DNA of 64,000 bases, taken from NCBI GenBank assembly GCA_002441245.1, contig DJVP01000012.1:192719-256718 (forward strand), written 5' to 3'. The notes beneath the pieces are model-generated. The model worked only from the letters and a program-made list of their open reading frames with translations. It did no database searches and had not been told where the DNA came from. The stretch is from Candidatus Omnitrophica bacterium UBA6253. GTDB lineage: Bacteria > Omnitrophota > Gorgyraeia > Gygaellales > Profunditerraquicolaceae. Below are positions 16,620 through 26,019 of this stretch, piece after piece. The translations under genes were made by a program, and so were the position numbers. The stretch's first letter is position 1; every line of letters begins with the position of its first letter.

Positions 16620-17796
16620 ATTCTTCCTTAAGCAACTCTGGTTTTAAATCTACAAAATCAAAATTAACTTCCTTGGCGCCAAGCCTTCTGAATACTTCAT
16701 GTATAGTTTCCATAGTGATATCTCTACCGCCCAGGCCGCCGACAAAACTGCTGATTACCTTCGGGCCTTTCTTTTTGCCGAAAAATGCCGACTTTACCTC
16801 AACCGCAACCGGAGCATAAGCACCCAAGGAGACTGATTTATCCAAAACCGCTACCTTTGGCACATCCTTTAAAGCTTCATAAATACGCGCATACGGAAAT
16901 GGCCGGTATGAGATAATCCGCAAGAGGCCGACTTTCTTGCCTTTTGCGCGCTGCTCATCCACCACCTCTTTGATCGTGCCACAAACTGAACCCATTGCCA
17001 CGATCACCTTCTCCGCGTCTTCAACCTGGTACTCCTCAACCAATAAATCCTTATAATCCCGGCCAAAGACATTATTAAACTCCTTGCTTATATCAAACAG
17101 GTAACCTATGGATTCTCTCATCGTTTCCTGAATAGCAAAACGCGTTTCCATATAGTAATCAGGATCAGCCAAAAGCCCCATACTTATGGGATCAGCCGTA
17201 TCCAGTTTATATAAAGGTTTATAAGCTGGCAGGAATTTGTTAACTTTATCCTGCTCCGGCATATCCACTGTTTCCATGCCGTGAGTCAGAATGAAGCCAT
17301 CCATACAAACCATTACCGGAAGCATTACACGTTTATCTTCGGCCAAGCGGTATGCAATGAGGTGAAAATCCACTGCCTCCTGGTTGTCCTCAGCGTAAAT
17401 CTGGAACCACCCGGAATCCCTCAAAGATATCGAATCCTGCTGGTCATTCCAGATATTTATAGGAGCGCTTATCGCACGGTTGGCGCAGGTCATAACAATA
17501 GGCAGGCGCATACCGGCAATATTAAAGACCACCTCCTGCATAAGAAAAAGCCCTTGGGAGCTAGTGGCGGTATAAACACGTACCCCGGTTGCCGAACCGC
17601 CTAAAACTACGGAAGCCGCGGAATGCTCGCTTTCCACATTCACAAACTGCGACTTAAGCTCGCCGCTTGATACCATCTGGGCCAAATCTTCAACTATATG
17701 CGTCTGGGGTGTTATTGGATAGGCGGAAATTACACCTGGCTGGCAGGATTTTATAATTTCAGCTATTGCATGCGACCCCTCTAAGAATTCTTTCAT
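16609..17796 (-). CDS. porA: Pyruvate:ferredoxin oxidoreductase alpha subunit
   Basis: N-terminus EGSHAIAE...AYPITPQT, a PorA hallmark. Confidence 0.9.
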   Translation of the reverse strand: MKEFLEGSHAIAEIIKSCQPGVISAYPITPQTHIVEDLAQMVSSGELKSQFVNVESEHSAASVVLGGSATGVRVYTATSSQGLFLMQEVVFNIAGMRLPIVMTCANRAISAPINIWNDQQDSISLRDSGWFQIYAEDNQEAVDFHLIAYRLAEDKRVMLPVMVCMDGFILTHGMETVDMPEQDKVNKFLPAYKPLYKLDTADPISMGLLADPDYYMETRFAIQETMRESIGYLFDISKEFNNVFGRDYKDLLVEEYQVEDAEKVIVAMGSVCGTIKEVVDEQRAKGKKVGLLRIISYRPFPYARIYEALKDVPKVAVLDKSVSLGAYAPVAVEVKSAFFGKKKGPKVISSFVGGLGGRDITMETIHEVFRRLGAKEVNFDFVDLKPELLKEEYGE

Positions 17797-18065
17797 GATT
17801 CTTCTCTCTTTGATTCTTCGCTAACCATTTCAATATCTTTTTTCGGGCAGATATCCGCGCATAATCCGCAGCCCTTGCAAAAAGTGTAATCTACCGAGAA
17901 AGCGTTCTTTTCTTTGCCGCTTACGCAGCCTTCAGGGCAAATCATCAGGCACATCCTGCAGGCAATGCAATTTTGATGCAGATAATTCGGCCGGGATAAG
18001 GTCCTCCAGCTGCCGGTCTTATCACCTTTGCTATTTTTTGGTTTCACGGTTAACGGACCAAACAT
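17793..18065 (-). CDS. porD: Pyruvate:ferredoxin oxidoreductase delta subunit (2x[4Fe-4S])
   Basis: Two CxxCxxCxxxCP motifs within 90 aa. Confidence 0.85.
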   Translation of the reverse strand: MFGPLTVKPKNSKGDKTGSWRTLSRPNYLHQNCIACRMCLMICPEGCVSGKEKNAFSVDYTFCKGCGLCADICPKKDIEMVSEESKREES

Positions 18066-18068
18066 TTA

Positions 18069-18617
18069 TTATTTTATCCCTTTCTTGACAAACTCAAAAC
18101 CCTCTTGAACCGCCTTGATATTGCCTTCCTGCGCCTTACCGCTGAAACGCTTTTTAACTACTTCAATAAGATTATCCAGCTTTAACTCACCGGTAGCAGC
18201 GGCAAAAGCGCCGATTAAAGCTGTATTTCCCAGCGGACGGCCGATGTTTCTTAAGGCAATTTCATTAGCCGGAACAACAAAAACACTCTGTTTAGCCTTT
18301 AACTTAGGCAATTCCAAATCTTCTTTTCCATTAATAATAGCAACTCCATCCTCTTTTAATCCGGAAAAACAGTTATATCCGCGTAAAAGAGTAGAGTCAA
18401 CAATAATTACGTAATCAGGTTCATAAATCTGGCTGCGCAACCGGACCGGATCGCTGTCCACACGCACAAAGGCATTCATCGGAGCGCCCATTCTGGCTGC
18501 CCCAAAGTTGGGAAAGGCATAAGGATACCTACCTTCGTTAAAATAACTAAACCCTAATAATGCTGCTGTTGTGATTGCGCCCTGGCCTGCGCGGGCATGG
18601 ATCCTGATTTCTTTCAT
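18069..18617 (-). CDS. porG: Pyruvate:ferredoxin oxidoreductase gamma subunit
   Basis: RIHARAGQGAITTAALLG is the PorG signature. Confidence 0.85.
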   Translation of the reverse strand: MKEIRIHARAGQGAITTAALLGFSYFNEGRYPYAFPNFGAARMGAPMNAFVRVDSDPVRLRSQIYEPDYVIIVDSTLLRGYNCFSGLKEDGVAIINGKEDLELPKLKAKQSVFVVPANEIALRNIGRPLGNTALIGAFAAATGELKLDNLIEVVKKRFSGKAQEGNIKAVQEGFEFVKKGIK

Positions 18618-18651
18618 GGTACTCCTAGAAAATGATAATCAAAAGTTTTTT

Positions 18652-18681
18652 AATTATATAGCTTATATCTTACTTTGTCAA
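18652..18681 (-). promoter_or_regulatory. Near-consensus sigma-70 promoter of the por operon
   Basis: Minus strand reads TTGACA, an 18-nt spacer, then TATAAT, about 30 nt upstream of the AGGAG RBS of porG. Confidence 0.6.
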
Positions 18682-18691
18682 ATAGTTTTAT

Positions 18692-19735
18692 TTAGAGGGT
18701 TTTACGGATAAATGCAGAGGTCTGATCAAGCAGATTTAGAATTCCTTCCGCCTTTTGCGCATCCAAAGTGCCCAAACCGCATGCCGGGCTGATCATCAGC
18801 CTCTCCAAAAGGAGCCCCCGGTCAATACCCTTCTTAACCAAGATATCCAGGCCGGATTTTATCTTCTGCGACAACTCCTCCGGGGTCTGGTTGGGATTAT
18901 AGCCCTGGGTAGGAACGATCCCCCAGCAGATAATCCCCCCTTTTTTCAAGAATCTGTTCAGATTATCCGCGTAAAGCACAAATCTCTCCTGGTATTCAAA
19001 GGCATCAAAATTAATGATATCAATTCCCGCAGTATCCATAAGCATAGACCAATCAGTATTACCGCAGCAATGTATGCCAACCAGGCAACCGCTGGGCTTT
19101 AAACTCTCAGTCAACTCAGAAAAAACATCAATTACATCATTACGGCTAACCGGCGTATACGCAGAACCTACGGAAGTTAAATACGGCTCATCAAAAAACA
19201 TGATTATTTTTTTGCCAAAAACCTTAAAATAATCCAGCTGCCAGAGAGCCTTCATAGTCAGCCCCTTGACCATAGCCTGCATTAAGACCTTATCGTGCAA
19301 GATGGTTTTCCCGTCTAAATCATTTATCCCGGAACAAAAGGTAAACGGCCCGGTAACCTGGCATTTTATAAATTTTATTTTGGATAAATCCGCTGTTTTC
19401 ATCGCTTTAAGACGCCGGTAAAAAGCATGCAGCCCTCTGGAAAAATCAAGGTTTAGCTTAAAGTAAGGTAAATCCTGTTCAATGAACCTCTCATAAAATA
19501 CCTCCAGCTCTTTTTCTTTATCGACAGGCGCAAAACGTAACCCCTGCCCATCAATCTTAAGCCCGGGCAGATTCTCGCTGAACTGCGCAATCATCCCTTC
19601 CCGCATATCGCATTTGGGAAGCTGCGGCCAAAAAGGCGCGCAAGGAAGGTAGCGCAAAATCAAATCTATCGCCTTTTCTGCGTCGGGAAAAGGCAGGCTG
19701 CCGACACCAGTTGCCAAACCTTTCACATTCATCAC
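18692..19735 (-). CDS. Short cobalamin-independent methionine synthase (MetE C-domain-like)/UROD-family methyltransferase
   Basis: 347 aa. VGSLPFP near the N-terminus and GIHCCGN...D Zn-site-like motif. Confidence 0.5.
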   Translation of the reverse strand: MMNVKGLATGVGSLPFPDAEKAIDLILRYLPCAPFWPQLPKCDMREGMIAQFSENLPGLKIDGQGLRFAPVDKEKELEVFYERFIEQDLPYFKLNLDFSRGLHAFYRRLKAMKTADLSKIKFIKCQVTGPFTFCSGINDLDGKTILHDKVLMQAMVKGLTMKALWQLDYFKVFGKKIIMFFDEPYLTSVGSAYTPVSRNDVIDVFSELTESLKPSGCLVGIHCCGNTDWSMLMDTAGIDIINFDAFEYQERFVLYADNLNRFLKKGGIICWGIVPTQGYNPNQTPEELSQKIKSGLDILVKKGIDRGLLLERLMISPACGLGTLDAQKAEGILNLLDQTSAFIRKTL

Positions 19736-20196
19736 ACCTTCTCCCTCTTAAGGGTACCACTAGGCCTCATCTCAACCACCTCTTCCATTTTTACTTTAAG
19801 AATTACGAATTGATCAGGTATTTCTACCTCAAAAGACTTATGCCCCTTGCCCTTAGTTACCCCCTCGATAATCCTGGTTATAGACAGGTCAATTTGTTTA
19901 TCCTGCAGCTCCTTGATTACCCCTCTGTATTCCGGGCCTGCATCAACAATCTCCACCCTTCCATTAATCTGATAACCGATGAGCGTATTGCTATCAATAA
20001 AAGAAAGCGAGGCCCGCGGGTTTATCTGAAGGTTAGAAAAAGTCCTGCCAATAATATAATCCACCAAATAAAGATAATCTCCTTCTACCTTTAATAAGAA
20101 TTTAGGCGCGGCATTTGGCCTGCCCGACAAATCACAGGAGGCCAAACTGATAAATTCCCTGGACTCGATAAGCTCTCTTAAGCACTTATTGATCAT
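19732..20196 (-). CDS. Pyridoxamine 5'-phosphate oxidase-like FMN-binding family protein
   Basis: Split-barrel-like pattern: LASCDLSGRPN...YLVD. Confidence 0.6.
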   Translation of the reverse strand: MINKCLRELIESREFISLASCDLSGRPNAAPKFLLKVEGDYLYLVDYIIGRTFSNLQINPRASLSFIDSNTLIGYQINGRVEIVDAGPEYRGVIKELQDKQIDLSITRIIEGVTKGKGHKSFEVEIPDQFVILKVKMEEVVEMRPSGTLKREKV

Positions 20197-20582
20197 GGTT
20201 TATTTGGAATATTTAAATCCACGGTATCGGCCAGGACATTGGCAAATACTGAATTAAAATCATAAACTGAATTAAAATCAGCTATGCAATCTTCATCGCT
20301 CTTAGATAAAAGTTTCTTCTCAATCATATTAAAGACAATCTCACCAAAATCCTGAGTCAGGTTTACTCCCCAGTGCGATAATACTCTCTGCGCCAAGGCG
20401 CCATATTGCTCAATCGCATAATCCCGCAGCCCAAAGGCAAGCTCCCTTCCGGTAACATGCGCCTGTTTTTTAAGTTTACCTTGTGTAAAATTTAACCCCT
20501 GCAGCACAAACTCATAAGCATCCGGCTTATATCTCTTGTCCCGGCTGTAGATCTCCTCAACTAAGTCAAAAAATTTACTCAT
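20193..20582 (-). CDS. Hypothetical protein
   Basis: 129 aa, 4-nt overlaps on both sides, no recognised domain. Confidence 0.4.
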   Translation of the reverse strand: MSKFFDLVEEIYSRDKRYKPDAYEFVLQGLNFTQGKLKKQAHVTGRELAFGLRDYAIEQYGALAQRVLSHWGVNLTQDFGEIVFNMIEKKLLSKSDEDCIADFNSVYDFNSVFANVLADTVDLNIPNKP

Positions 20583-20875
20583 TATGTTCTAGGCAGATTC
20601 AGGCCTGATATATTTTTAAGATTACTGGCTGCTATTTCCTGGGCATGTTTGAGAGCCCGATCATAAGCATCACAGATAGACCTCTCAAGAACAGCCTTAT
20701 CAAGCTCAGCAAGATTTCCGTTAATATTTACACTATTGATCTTCTGTGCAGCGTTCATATTGATTTTTACTATTCCGTTGCTGCTTACGGAATCAAAATT
20801 AGTTTCTTCAAGCTGGCGCTTCAACTCTTGCATCGACTTCTGCATCTCAAATAACTGTTTCATTTTATCAAACAT
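20582..20875 (-). CDS. ybaB: YbaB/EbfC nucleoid-associated protein
   Basis: MQELKRQLEE...VKINM...GNL profile of YbaB. Confidence 0.8.
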   Translation of the reverse strand: MFDKMKQLFEMQKSMQELKRQLEETNFDSVSSNGIVKINMNAAQKINSVNINGNLAELDKAVLERSICDAYDRALKHAQEIAASNLKNISGLNLPRT

Positions 20876-20885
20876 AAATCTCCTT

Positions 20886-21512
20886 TCAAAAACCTAATTC
20901 CTCACCGACAATAATCACCTTGAGCCTTTCGGGGTTAATCTCAGACTCAATAACTAAAACCTGGCAGCACATCCTTTTGTATTCCGGGGCAAGGCATATA
21001 TCTTTATGGCAAAGCCCGTCTGCCAAGCAGGCTGATTTCCAATCCAAGCGTTTACAGTTAAGCACAGTAGCATGCTCCCTGCTGCGTTTTAATGCCTGAT
21101 CTAAATTTAAAACGATCTTGTTTAAACCACAGACCACGATCACATTATCGGAATTAGCAATACCGCTCGTACGGTGGCCGTAACCGCTAAAGAAAACTAA
21201 CTCGCCGTCTTCAGAAATAGCATTACAGCTTGTCAGGAAGTAATCCGCATGGGAACCAAGATTACGCATCTGCAAACTTTGTTCCCGGCTTATCCCGGGC
21301 CTATACTGGTTAAACACTTCATAATCAGAGGCCTCAAGAAGCGCTACAATACCTAGCTCATCCAGGGTCCTGGAGCCTGAAACACCCACAGTTGCACTTT
21401 TTAAAATAAGCTGTTTAATCCTCTCCCTGGCCTCATCCTTAGAATCCACATAAATACCGTCAATATTGCGGCGTTTTAAACTGGCGATTAGATTGGATAT
21501 TCTTTGTTCCAT
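20886..21512 (-). CDS. LUD domain protein (LutC/YkgG-like)
   Basis: About 200 aa with a DUF162/LUD-like pattern. Confidence 0.55.
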   Translation of the reverse strand: MEQRISNLIASLKRRNIDGIYVDSKDEARERIKQLILKSATVGVSGSRTLDELGIVALLEASDYEVFNQYRPGISREQSLQMRNLGSHADYFLTSCNAISEDGELVFFSGYGHRTSGIANSDNVIVVCGLNKIVLNLDQALKRSREHATVLNCKRLDWKSACLADGLCHKDICLAPEYKRMCCQVLVIESEINPERLKVIIVGEELGF

Positions 21513-21515
21513 TGA

Positions 21516-21983
21516 CTATTCTGATAATAAACTTTTGTAATCAGCCGGCAGTCTATGCTCCAGCAAAACTACATTGCCACTCTTGTCTAGAAATATATAA
21601 GTAGGGACTCCCCCGATTTCATAATTTTTCGCGGCCTGGCCTTTGATATCTAAAAGCACCCTCATATTGATCGCATAATTCTTTAGGAACCTTTCCACTT
21701 TATAGCCAGCCTCACCGACATTAACGGCAAAAACAGCTAATCCTTCTTTTTCCATTTGAGGGTACATCTTGTTTAAAGTTCTCAGTTCTGTACGGCAATA
21801 AGGACACCAGGTAGTCCAGAAGAAAAGAATGGCTGGCCTTCCTGCCAGGCTGGAAAGATTAACCGGATTGGATTCTAAATCATTCAGTACAATACCACCG
21901 GCTAAAACTATATTAGAAAAACTTAAAACCAGAACACCTGTTAGCATCAAAAAGATTGCCGCACCTTTTATAAATTTACGCAT
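21516..21983 (-). CDS. Thiol:disulfide oxidoreductase, TlpA/ResA-like thioredoxin
   Basis: WCPYC active site with an N-terminal TM anchor. Start at the internal Met, giving a TAATG overlap with ccdA. Confidence 0.8.
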   Translation of the reverse strand: MRKFIKGAAIFLMLTGVLVLSFSNIVLAGGIVLNDLESNPVNLSSLAGRPAILFFWTTWCPYCRTELRTLNKMYPQMEKEGLAVFAVNVGEAGYKVERFLKNYAINMRVLLDIKGQAAKNYEIGGVPTYIFLDKSGNVVLLEHRLPADYKSLLSE

Positions 21984-22654
21984 TAAAATCTCCTTATCGC
22001 TGAGAAAATAAAATAAGCGCCAGTTAAAACAATAATTGCGGCACAAATTTTCTTTATTAACAGCATCCAATTGCCGGCCTTGGGCAACCCGGTAAAACTA
22101 ACCCCAAAAGTGCCGATTAAAATAAAGATCAAACCCATACCATAAGAAAAACTAAGCAAAAGTAGCCCTCCGTAGAATATATTCTTCGTAGTCGATAAAT
22201 ACGTCAAGATTGCGCCCAAAATTGGCGTAAGGCAGGGTGAAATCATTAGCCCGGAAATTAGTCCTAATAATAAGGCCAGAAAATAATTTCTCTTTTTGTA
22301 AACGGGAGGCTTTAAATTCAAAGAAAAATTAAGATGGAATAAATCAAACATAGAAAGCCCGAAAATTAGTATGAGTACTCCGGACATAAGGTTAACTATA
22401 GGGTTTACGCTGAATTCCCCAAATATCCTGCCGGTTAATACCGCCAGTATCCCCAGCAAAGAATAAGTAAAAGCGATGCCGGTAACATAAAATAGGCTTA
22501 ATAAAAACCCTTTAATTTTAGAGTTTTGCGCATTGCCGACTATGTATCCGGCGCTAATCGGAATAAGCGGATACACACAAGGAGTAAAACTAGCCAGCAA
22601 TCCTCCGAAAAAAGCATAAACAAAATCTAATGGGCTACCGGAGAGCAGCATCAA
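21983..22654 (-). CDS. ccdA: Cytochrome c-type biogenesis/thiol-disulfide electron transporter CcdA (DsbD TM domain)
   Basis: Polytopic membrane protein with two Cys in TM regions (FTPCVYPLIP, ISPCLTPIL). Confidence 0.8.
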   Translation of the reverse strand: MMLLSGSPLDFVYAFFGGLLASFTPCVYPLIPISAGYIVGNAQNSKIKGFLLSLFYVTGIAFTYSLLGILAVLTGRIFGEFSVNPIVNLMSGVLILIFGLSMFDLFHLNFSLNLKPPVYKKRNYFLALLLGLISGLMISPCLTPILGAILTYLSTTKNIFYGGLLLLSFSYGMGLIFILIGTFGVSFTGLPKAGNWMLLIKKICAAIIVLTGAYFIFSAIRRF

Positions 22655-22946
22655 TCCACCTCAAGTATGGTTTATCCCCTGCAATTAGGCCAAGAACAAT
22701 AATCTCCGGGACCTTATAGCTGTGCAAAGATTTAACCAATTTAATAACCTTGGCTATTTTCTCTTTCTTTGATTTGACTATCAAAAGGGATTCTTTGGCT
22801 TTCTGGATTTTACCTTCCCAGAAAAATAAGGAATCAACTTTATCCATAATATTCACACAGGCTGCAAGTTTTTGCTTAATTAAACCTGCGGCGATCTTTT
22901 GCGCCTCTTTTTTATTGCCGGCGGTAACAAAAATAACAACATACAT
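22635..22946 (-). CDS. cutA: Divalent cation tolerance protein CutA
   Basis: Roughly 104 aa from the internal Met (MYVVIFVTAGNKKEA...), trimeric CutA1 pattern. The track start at 23003 adds 19 residues. Confidence 0.75.
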   Translation of the reverse strand: MYVVIFVTAGNKKEAQKIAAGLIKQKLAACVNIMDKVDSLFFWEGKIQKAKESLLIVKSKKEKIAKVIKLVKSLHSYKVPEIIVLGLIAGDKPYLRWIDAALR

Positions 22947-23006
22947 ATAAACTATGCCCCCTTTTTTTAAAATCATATCACGGATAAGGGCCACGTTCAA
23001 CAAAAC

Positions 23007-23231
23007 TTAAACCACCCTCATTGACCTGATTCTGCCAAGCTGGGCACAAAGATCAAAAACCAAGGTGGGCTCATCCGTAACCATATTAACCTTATAGTCA
23101 CACTTCTCGTCCTGATCCTGAGACTGGCTGACTACCAACTCATTGCCAAACTCCGCCAGGGAACTTTTAATCATTTTTGGCGAACTGTTTTGGGCATGTA
23201 AAATAAACTCCAGCCTATATTTTTCGGTCAT
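23007..23231 (-). CDS. Small protein, possibly YbeD/DUF493 (UPF0250)-like
   Basis: 74 aa. C-terminal YKVNMVTDEPTLVFDLCAQLGRIRSMRVV resembles the YbeD C-terminus. Confidence 0.35.
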   Translation of the reverse strand: MTEKYRLEFILHAQNSSPKMIKSSLAEFGNELVVSQSQDQDEKCDYKVNMVTDEPTLVFDLCAQLGRIRSMRVV

Positions 23232-23959
23232 CTAAGCATTATTACCGAGATCATCCTCCCGGCGCCTTGAGCTTCTTTGCGAAAAGAAAAGAAATCTTTA
23301 TTCCCTGAAAAAGTACACAACTCAGGATCAAATATATTTCCTTCTTTAACGCCGCACGCAACTAACTGCCTTGTGTTTATTAAAGCAATGTCCAAATAAA
23401 GACTGCCGTCTCTGTTAATTAAGCCAAACGGGAAATTGCTCTTAAAATCATTTTCCATCTTGCAACAACAGACCCGTATTGACGGACCAAACCCAACCAA
23501 GAGCCTGTCCGGACGGCTGCCAAATTTTTCCTGCATCAGCCTTATTGCTTCAACGCAAATATTTTTCTCAGTGCCGCGCCAGCCGGCATGCAAAATCCCC
23601 ACCGCAGGTCGCTTAGGATCATAAACAAAAACCGAAAGGCAATCCGCTGTCAATACGGCAACAGGGACATTTTTCTTATCTGTCAAAAATCCATCTGTGT
23701 CGCTAATAGAACTGTCATAAGCTAAGGCTCCGCTGCCCTTATTGCTTTCCGTAACATACGTAACAGCCTTGCCATGAACCTGTTTTGCGCATATCAGACC
23801 GCGGTAGTCAATGCCTATAGCAGAAAGGAATCTCTTGCGATTCTCAAGGGCCCCACGGGTATCCCCATAGCATAAAGACATGTTGCCGTCCTGACGCCTG
23901 CTAAAGGCACACGCTACATCTTTTAAGCCGAATTTTTCTAAAGGGTTATTAATCTGCAT
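23228..23959 (-). CDS. pgeF: Peptidoglycan editing factor PgeF/YfiH (DUF152 laccase-domain purine nucleoside phosphorylase family)
   Basis: TADC...HAGWRG signature. Confidence 0.8.
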   Translation of the reverse strand: MQINNPLEKFGLKDVACAFSRRQDGNMSLCYGDTRGALENRKRFLSAIGIDYRGLICAKQVHGKAVTYVTESNKGSGALAYDSSISDTDGFLTDKKNVPVAVLTADCLSVFVYDPKRPAVGILHAGWRGTEKNICVEAIRLMQEKFGSRPDRLLVGFGPSIRVCCCKMENDFKSNFPFGLINRDGSLYLDIALINTRQLVACGVKEGNIFDPELCTFSGNKDFFSFRKEAQGAGRMISVIMLR

Positions 23960-24170
23960 CTATCTCCACAAGTTTCTGGCGTGACTTCTTGCCCGACCTG
24001 ATTCTTATTTGATATTTCTTTATTTCTAAGTATTCGCTTAACAAATCAACAAGCTGTTTATTGGCCATGCCTTCGCAGGCCGGCTTAGTAAGATATACCT
24101 TTAGTTTATTACCTTGCCGCTCAACGCGATTACGGCTGGAGCGGGGATTGACACAAACCTCAAAAATCAT
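23949..24170 (-). CDS. DUF167/YggU family protein
   Basis: 73 aa with a UPF0235-like pattern: RNRVERQGNKLKVYLTKPACEGMANKQL. Confidence 0.7.
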   Translation of the reverse strand: MIFEVCVNPRSSRNRVERQGNKLKVYLTKPACEGMANKQLVDLLSEYLEIKKYQIRIRSGKKSRQKLVEIDAD

Positions 24171-24177
24171 CTGTTGA

Positions 24178-25110
24178 TTATTTGCCTGTTATCTGCCTGG
24201 TATCCTGAATATCCGTTAGGCGCTGGCTAACCTTATCTAAGCGCTTTTCGGCATCGGCATACTTAGTATTGGCGTTTAGCAGGTGGCTCCCCAGGATACC
24301 AAAATCTTCCTTAAATTTATCCGTCTCAATAGAAAGGGCGCCTAAACTTTTTAAAATTAATTTCGCATTCTCCTCGACCTTTAATCCGCGCAGGCCCATG
24401 CAGATCACCTGCAGGTAGGCGTAAAAAGTATTCGGCGAAACAGGAATCACCTTCTTTAACATACTATAAGAAAAAATATCTTCTTTGATAATTATCTCAT
24501 AATAAACATTCTCCGCCGGGATATACATCAGGGCAAAATCATAGGTATTTTCCGCAGGCAGGATATATTTTGCAGCTATCTCATTAATGCGATTTTTTAC
24601 ATCCTGGATAAATTTCTTTCGCGATGTCTCTTTTGCTTGCTCATCAGATGCATCCTGCATCCTCTGAAAATTCTCTAAACTGAATTTCGCGTCAACCGGG
24701 ACCAGCCGCTCGCCAAGGCAAATTACCGCATCCACCGCGTCTGCACTCTTAAAACGATATTGCGTATGGTAATGCTCTCTGGGTAAAACCTGGGAAAGTA
24801 AATTATCCAGCAAGGTCTCCCCCATAGCCCCGCGGAACTTTGGTGCACGCAGGAGCTCCTGAAGGCTTGAGATATCCTTGCTGATAGCAATAATCTGCTT
24901 ATTAGTCTCTTCTAATTTACCCAACTGCTCCTTCACACCCCCAAAAGCAGAGGTGGCGCTGCCTAAATTCTGCCCGATAATCTTATTAGCCTCCTGGATA
25001 GACTGATTCATCTGATTCAGGCGCTCGTTGACCTGAGAGGAGATTTTCAAAACAACAAAAACAATAAATGCTGCTAGTATTAAAAATAATGCTGCGATTA
25101 AAATAACCAT
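24178..25110 (-). CDS. rmuC: DNA recombination protein RmuC
   Basis: N-terminal TM and coiled coil followed by the RmuC nuclease-like domain. Confidence 0.8.
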   Translation of the reverse strand: MVILIAALFLILAAFIVFVVLKISSQVNERLNQMNQSIQEANKIIGQNLGSATSAFGGVKEQLGKLEETNKQIIAISKDISSLQELLRAPKFRGAMGETLLDNLLSQVLPREHYHTQYRFKSADAVDAVICLGERLVPVDAKFSLENFQRMQDASDEQAKETSRKKFIQDVKNRINEIAAKYILPAENTYDFALMYIPAENVYYEIIIKEDIFSYSMLKKVIPVSPNTFYAYLQVICMGLRGLKVEENAKLILKSLGALSIETDKFKEDFGILGSHLLNANTKYADAEKRLDKVSQRLTDIQDTRQITGK

Positions 25111-25140
25111 TTTATTATTATACCATTGACAGCTTTGCGA

Positions 25141-25860
25141 TTAAAGTAAATAATCTTTTTTTACCCTTTTTACGGAACGGAATATATTCTTTTTGACATC
25201 CGGACAGACCTTCTCCAGCTCCCGGATAATCCGGCCTACCCTGTTGCGGTTAGAGGTAATAGAGTGCGGACAGGCACAGCTATCATGGCCCAATTTTACC
25301 TCCTCGGCAAAACGTTCTATCAAATGCTCTTCTACATAAGCCAGGGGCCGGATAAGCGTAATCTTACCCTTAAACAACTCCTGTTTTGGTACCATGCCTG
25401 AAACTTCTCCTTGAAAGAATAAATTTAACAACATGGTCTCGATGATATCATCCATATGGTGCCCTAATGCAATCTTTGTACAACCAAGCTTATTGGCCGC
25501 AATAAAGAGCTCTTTCCTTCTATTCCAAGAGCACCAAAAACAGTTAATCTTATCCTTTTCTGTTTTCTTAAGTATATCGGACTTTATAATTTTATATTCG
25601 ACTTTAAGCTTTTTGAAATATCTTTCAAGCTTCCTGGAAATCGATTTTGGATAACCCATATCAATATGCAAAGCAATAACATCGTATTTTATGGGTACAA
25701 ATGCCTTACGGTCAAGTAGCAGGCGCAATAAAGTCAGGCTATCCTTGCCGCCGGAGACGGCAACCCCGATCTTATCTCCATCGGCAAGCATTTTATAATC
25801 CATAATTGCCCTGCCCATGCGTTTGGAAATATAATATTCCGTGCCTTGAAATATTCCCAT
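25141..25860 (-). CDS. PP-loop ATPase, tRNA 2-thiocytidine synthetase TtcA-like
   Basis: SGGKDS PP-loop, plus CFWCSW and CAC Cys motifs. Confidence 0.7.
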   Translation of the reverse strand: MGIFQGTEYYISKRMGRAIMDYKMLADGDKIGVAVSGGKDSLTLLRLLLDRKAFVPIKYDVIALHIDMGYPKSISRKLERYFKKLKVEYKIIKSDILKKTEKDKINCFWCSWNRRKELFIAANKLGCTKIALGHHMDDIIETMLLNLFFQGEVSGMVPKQELFKGKITLIRPLAYVEEHLIERFAEEVKLGHDSCACPHSITSNRNRVGRIIRELEKVCPDVKKNIFRSVKRVKKDYLL

Positions 25861-26019
25861 AAGTTTTATATTCTTATAATTAGCGGATACTCTCGAACCT
25901 TGCCTCTCGCATCAATTTTCCTTTTCCGCCAATAGCATTGATAATATAAAATTTCCGGATTTTACTGAAGACACAATTAGAAGGTTTTCGGCAAAAATGT
26001 GCGGAGAAAAAGGCAAAAA

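Noticed and set aside
19557-19760. 67-aa Arg-rich minus-strand ORF overlapping the start of the MetE-like gene
   Set aside because: Out-of-frame overlap with two supported genes, Arg/Cys-rich junk-like composition.
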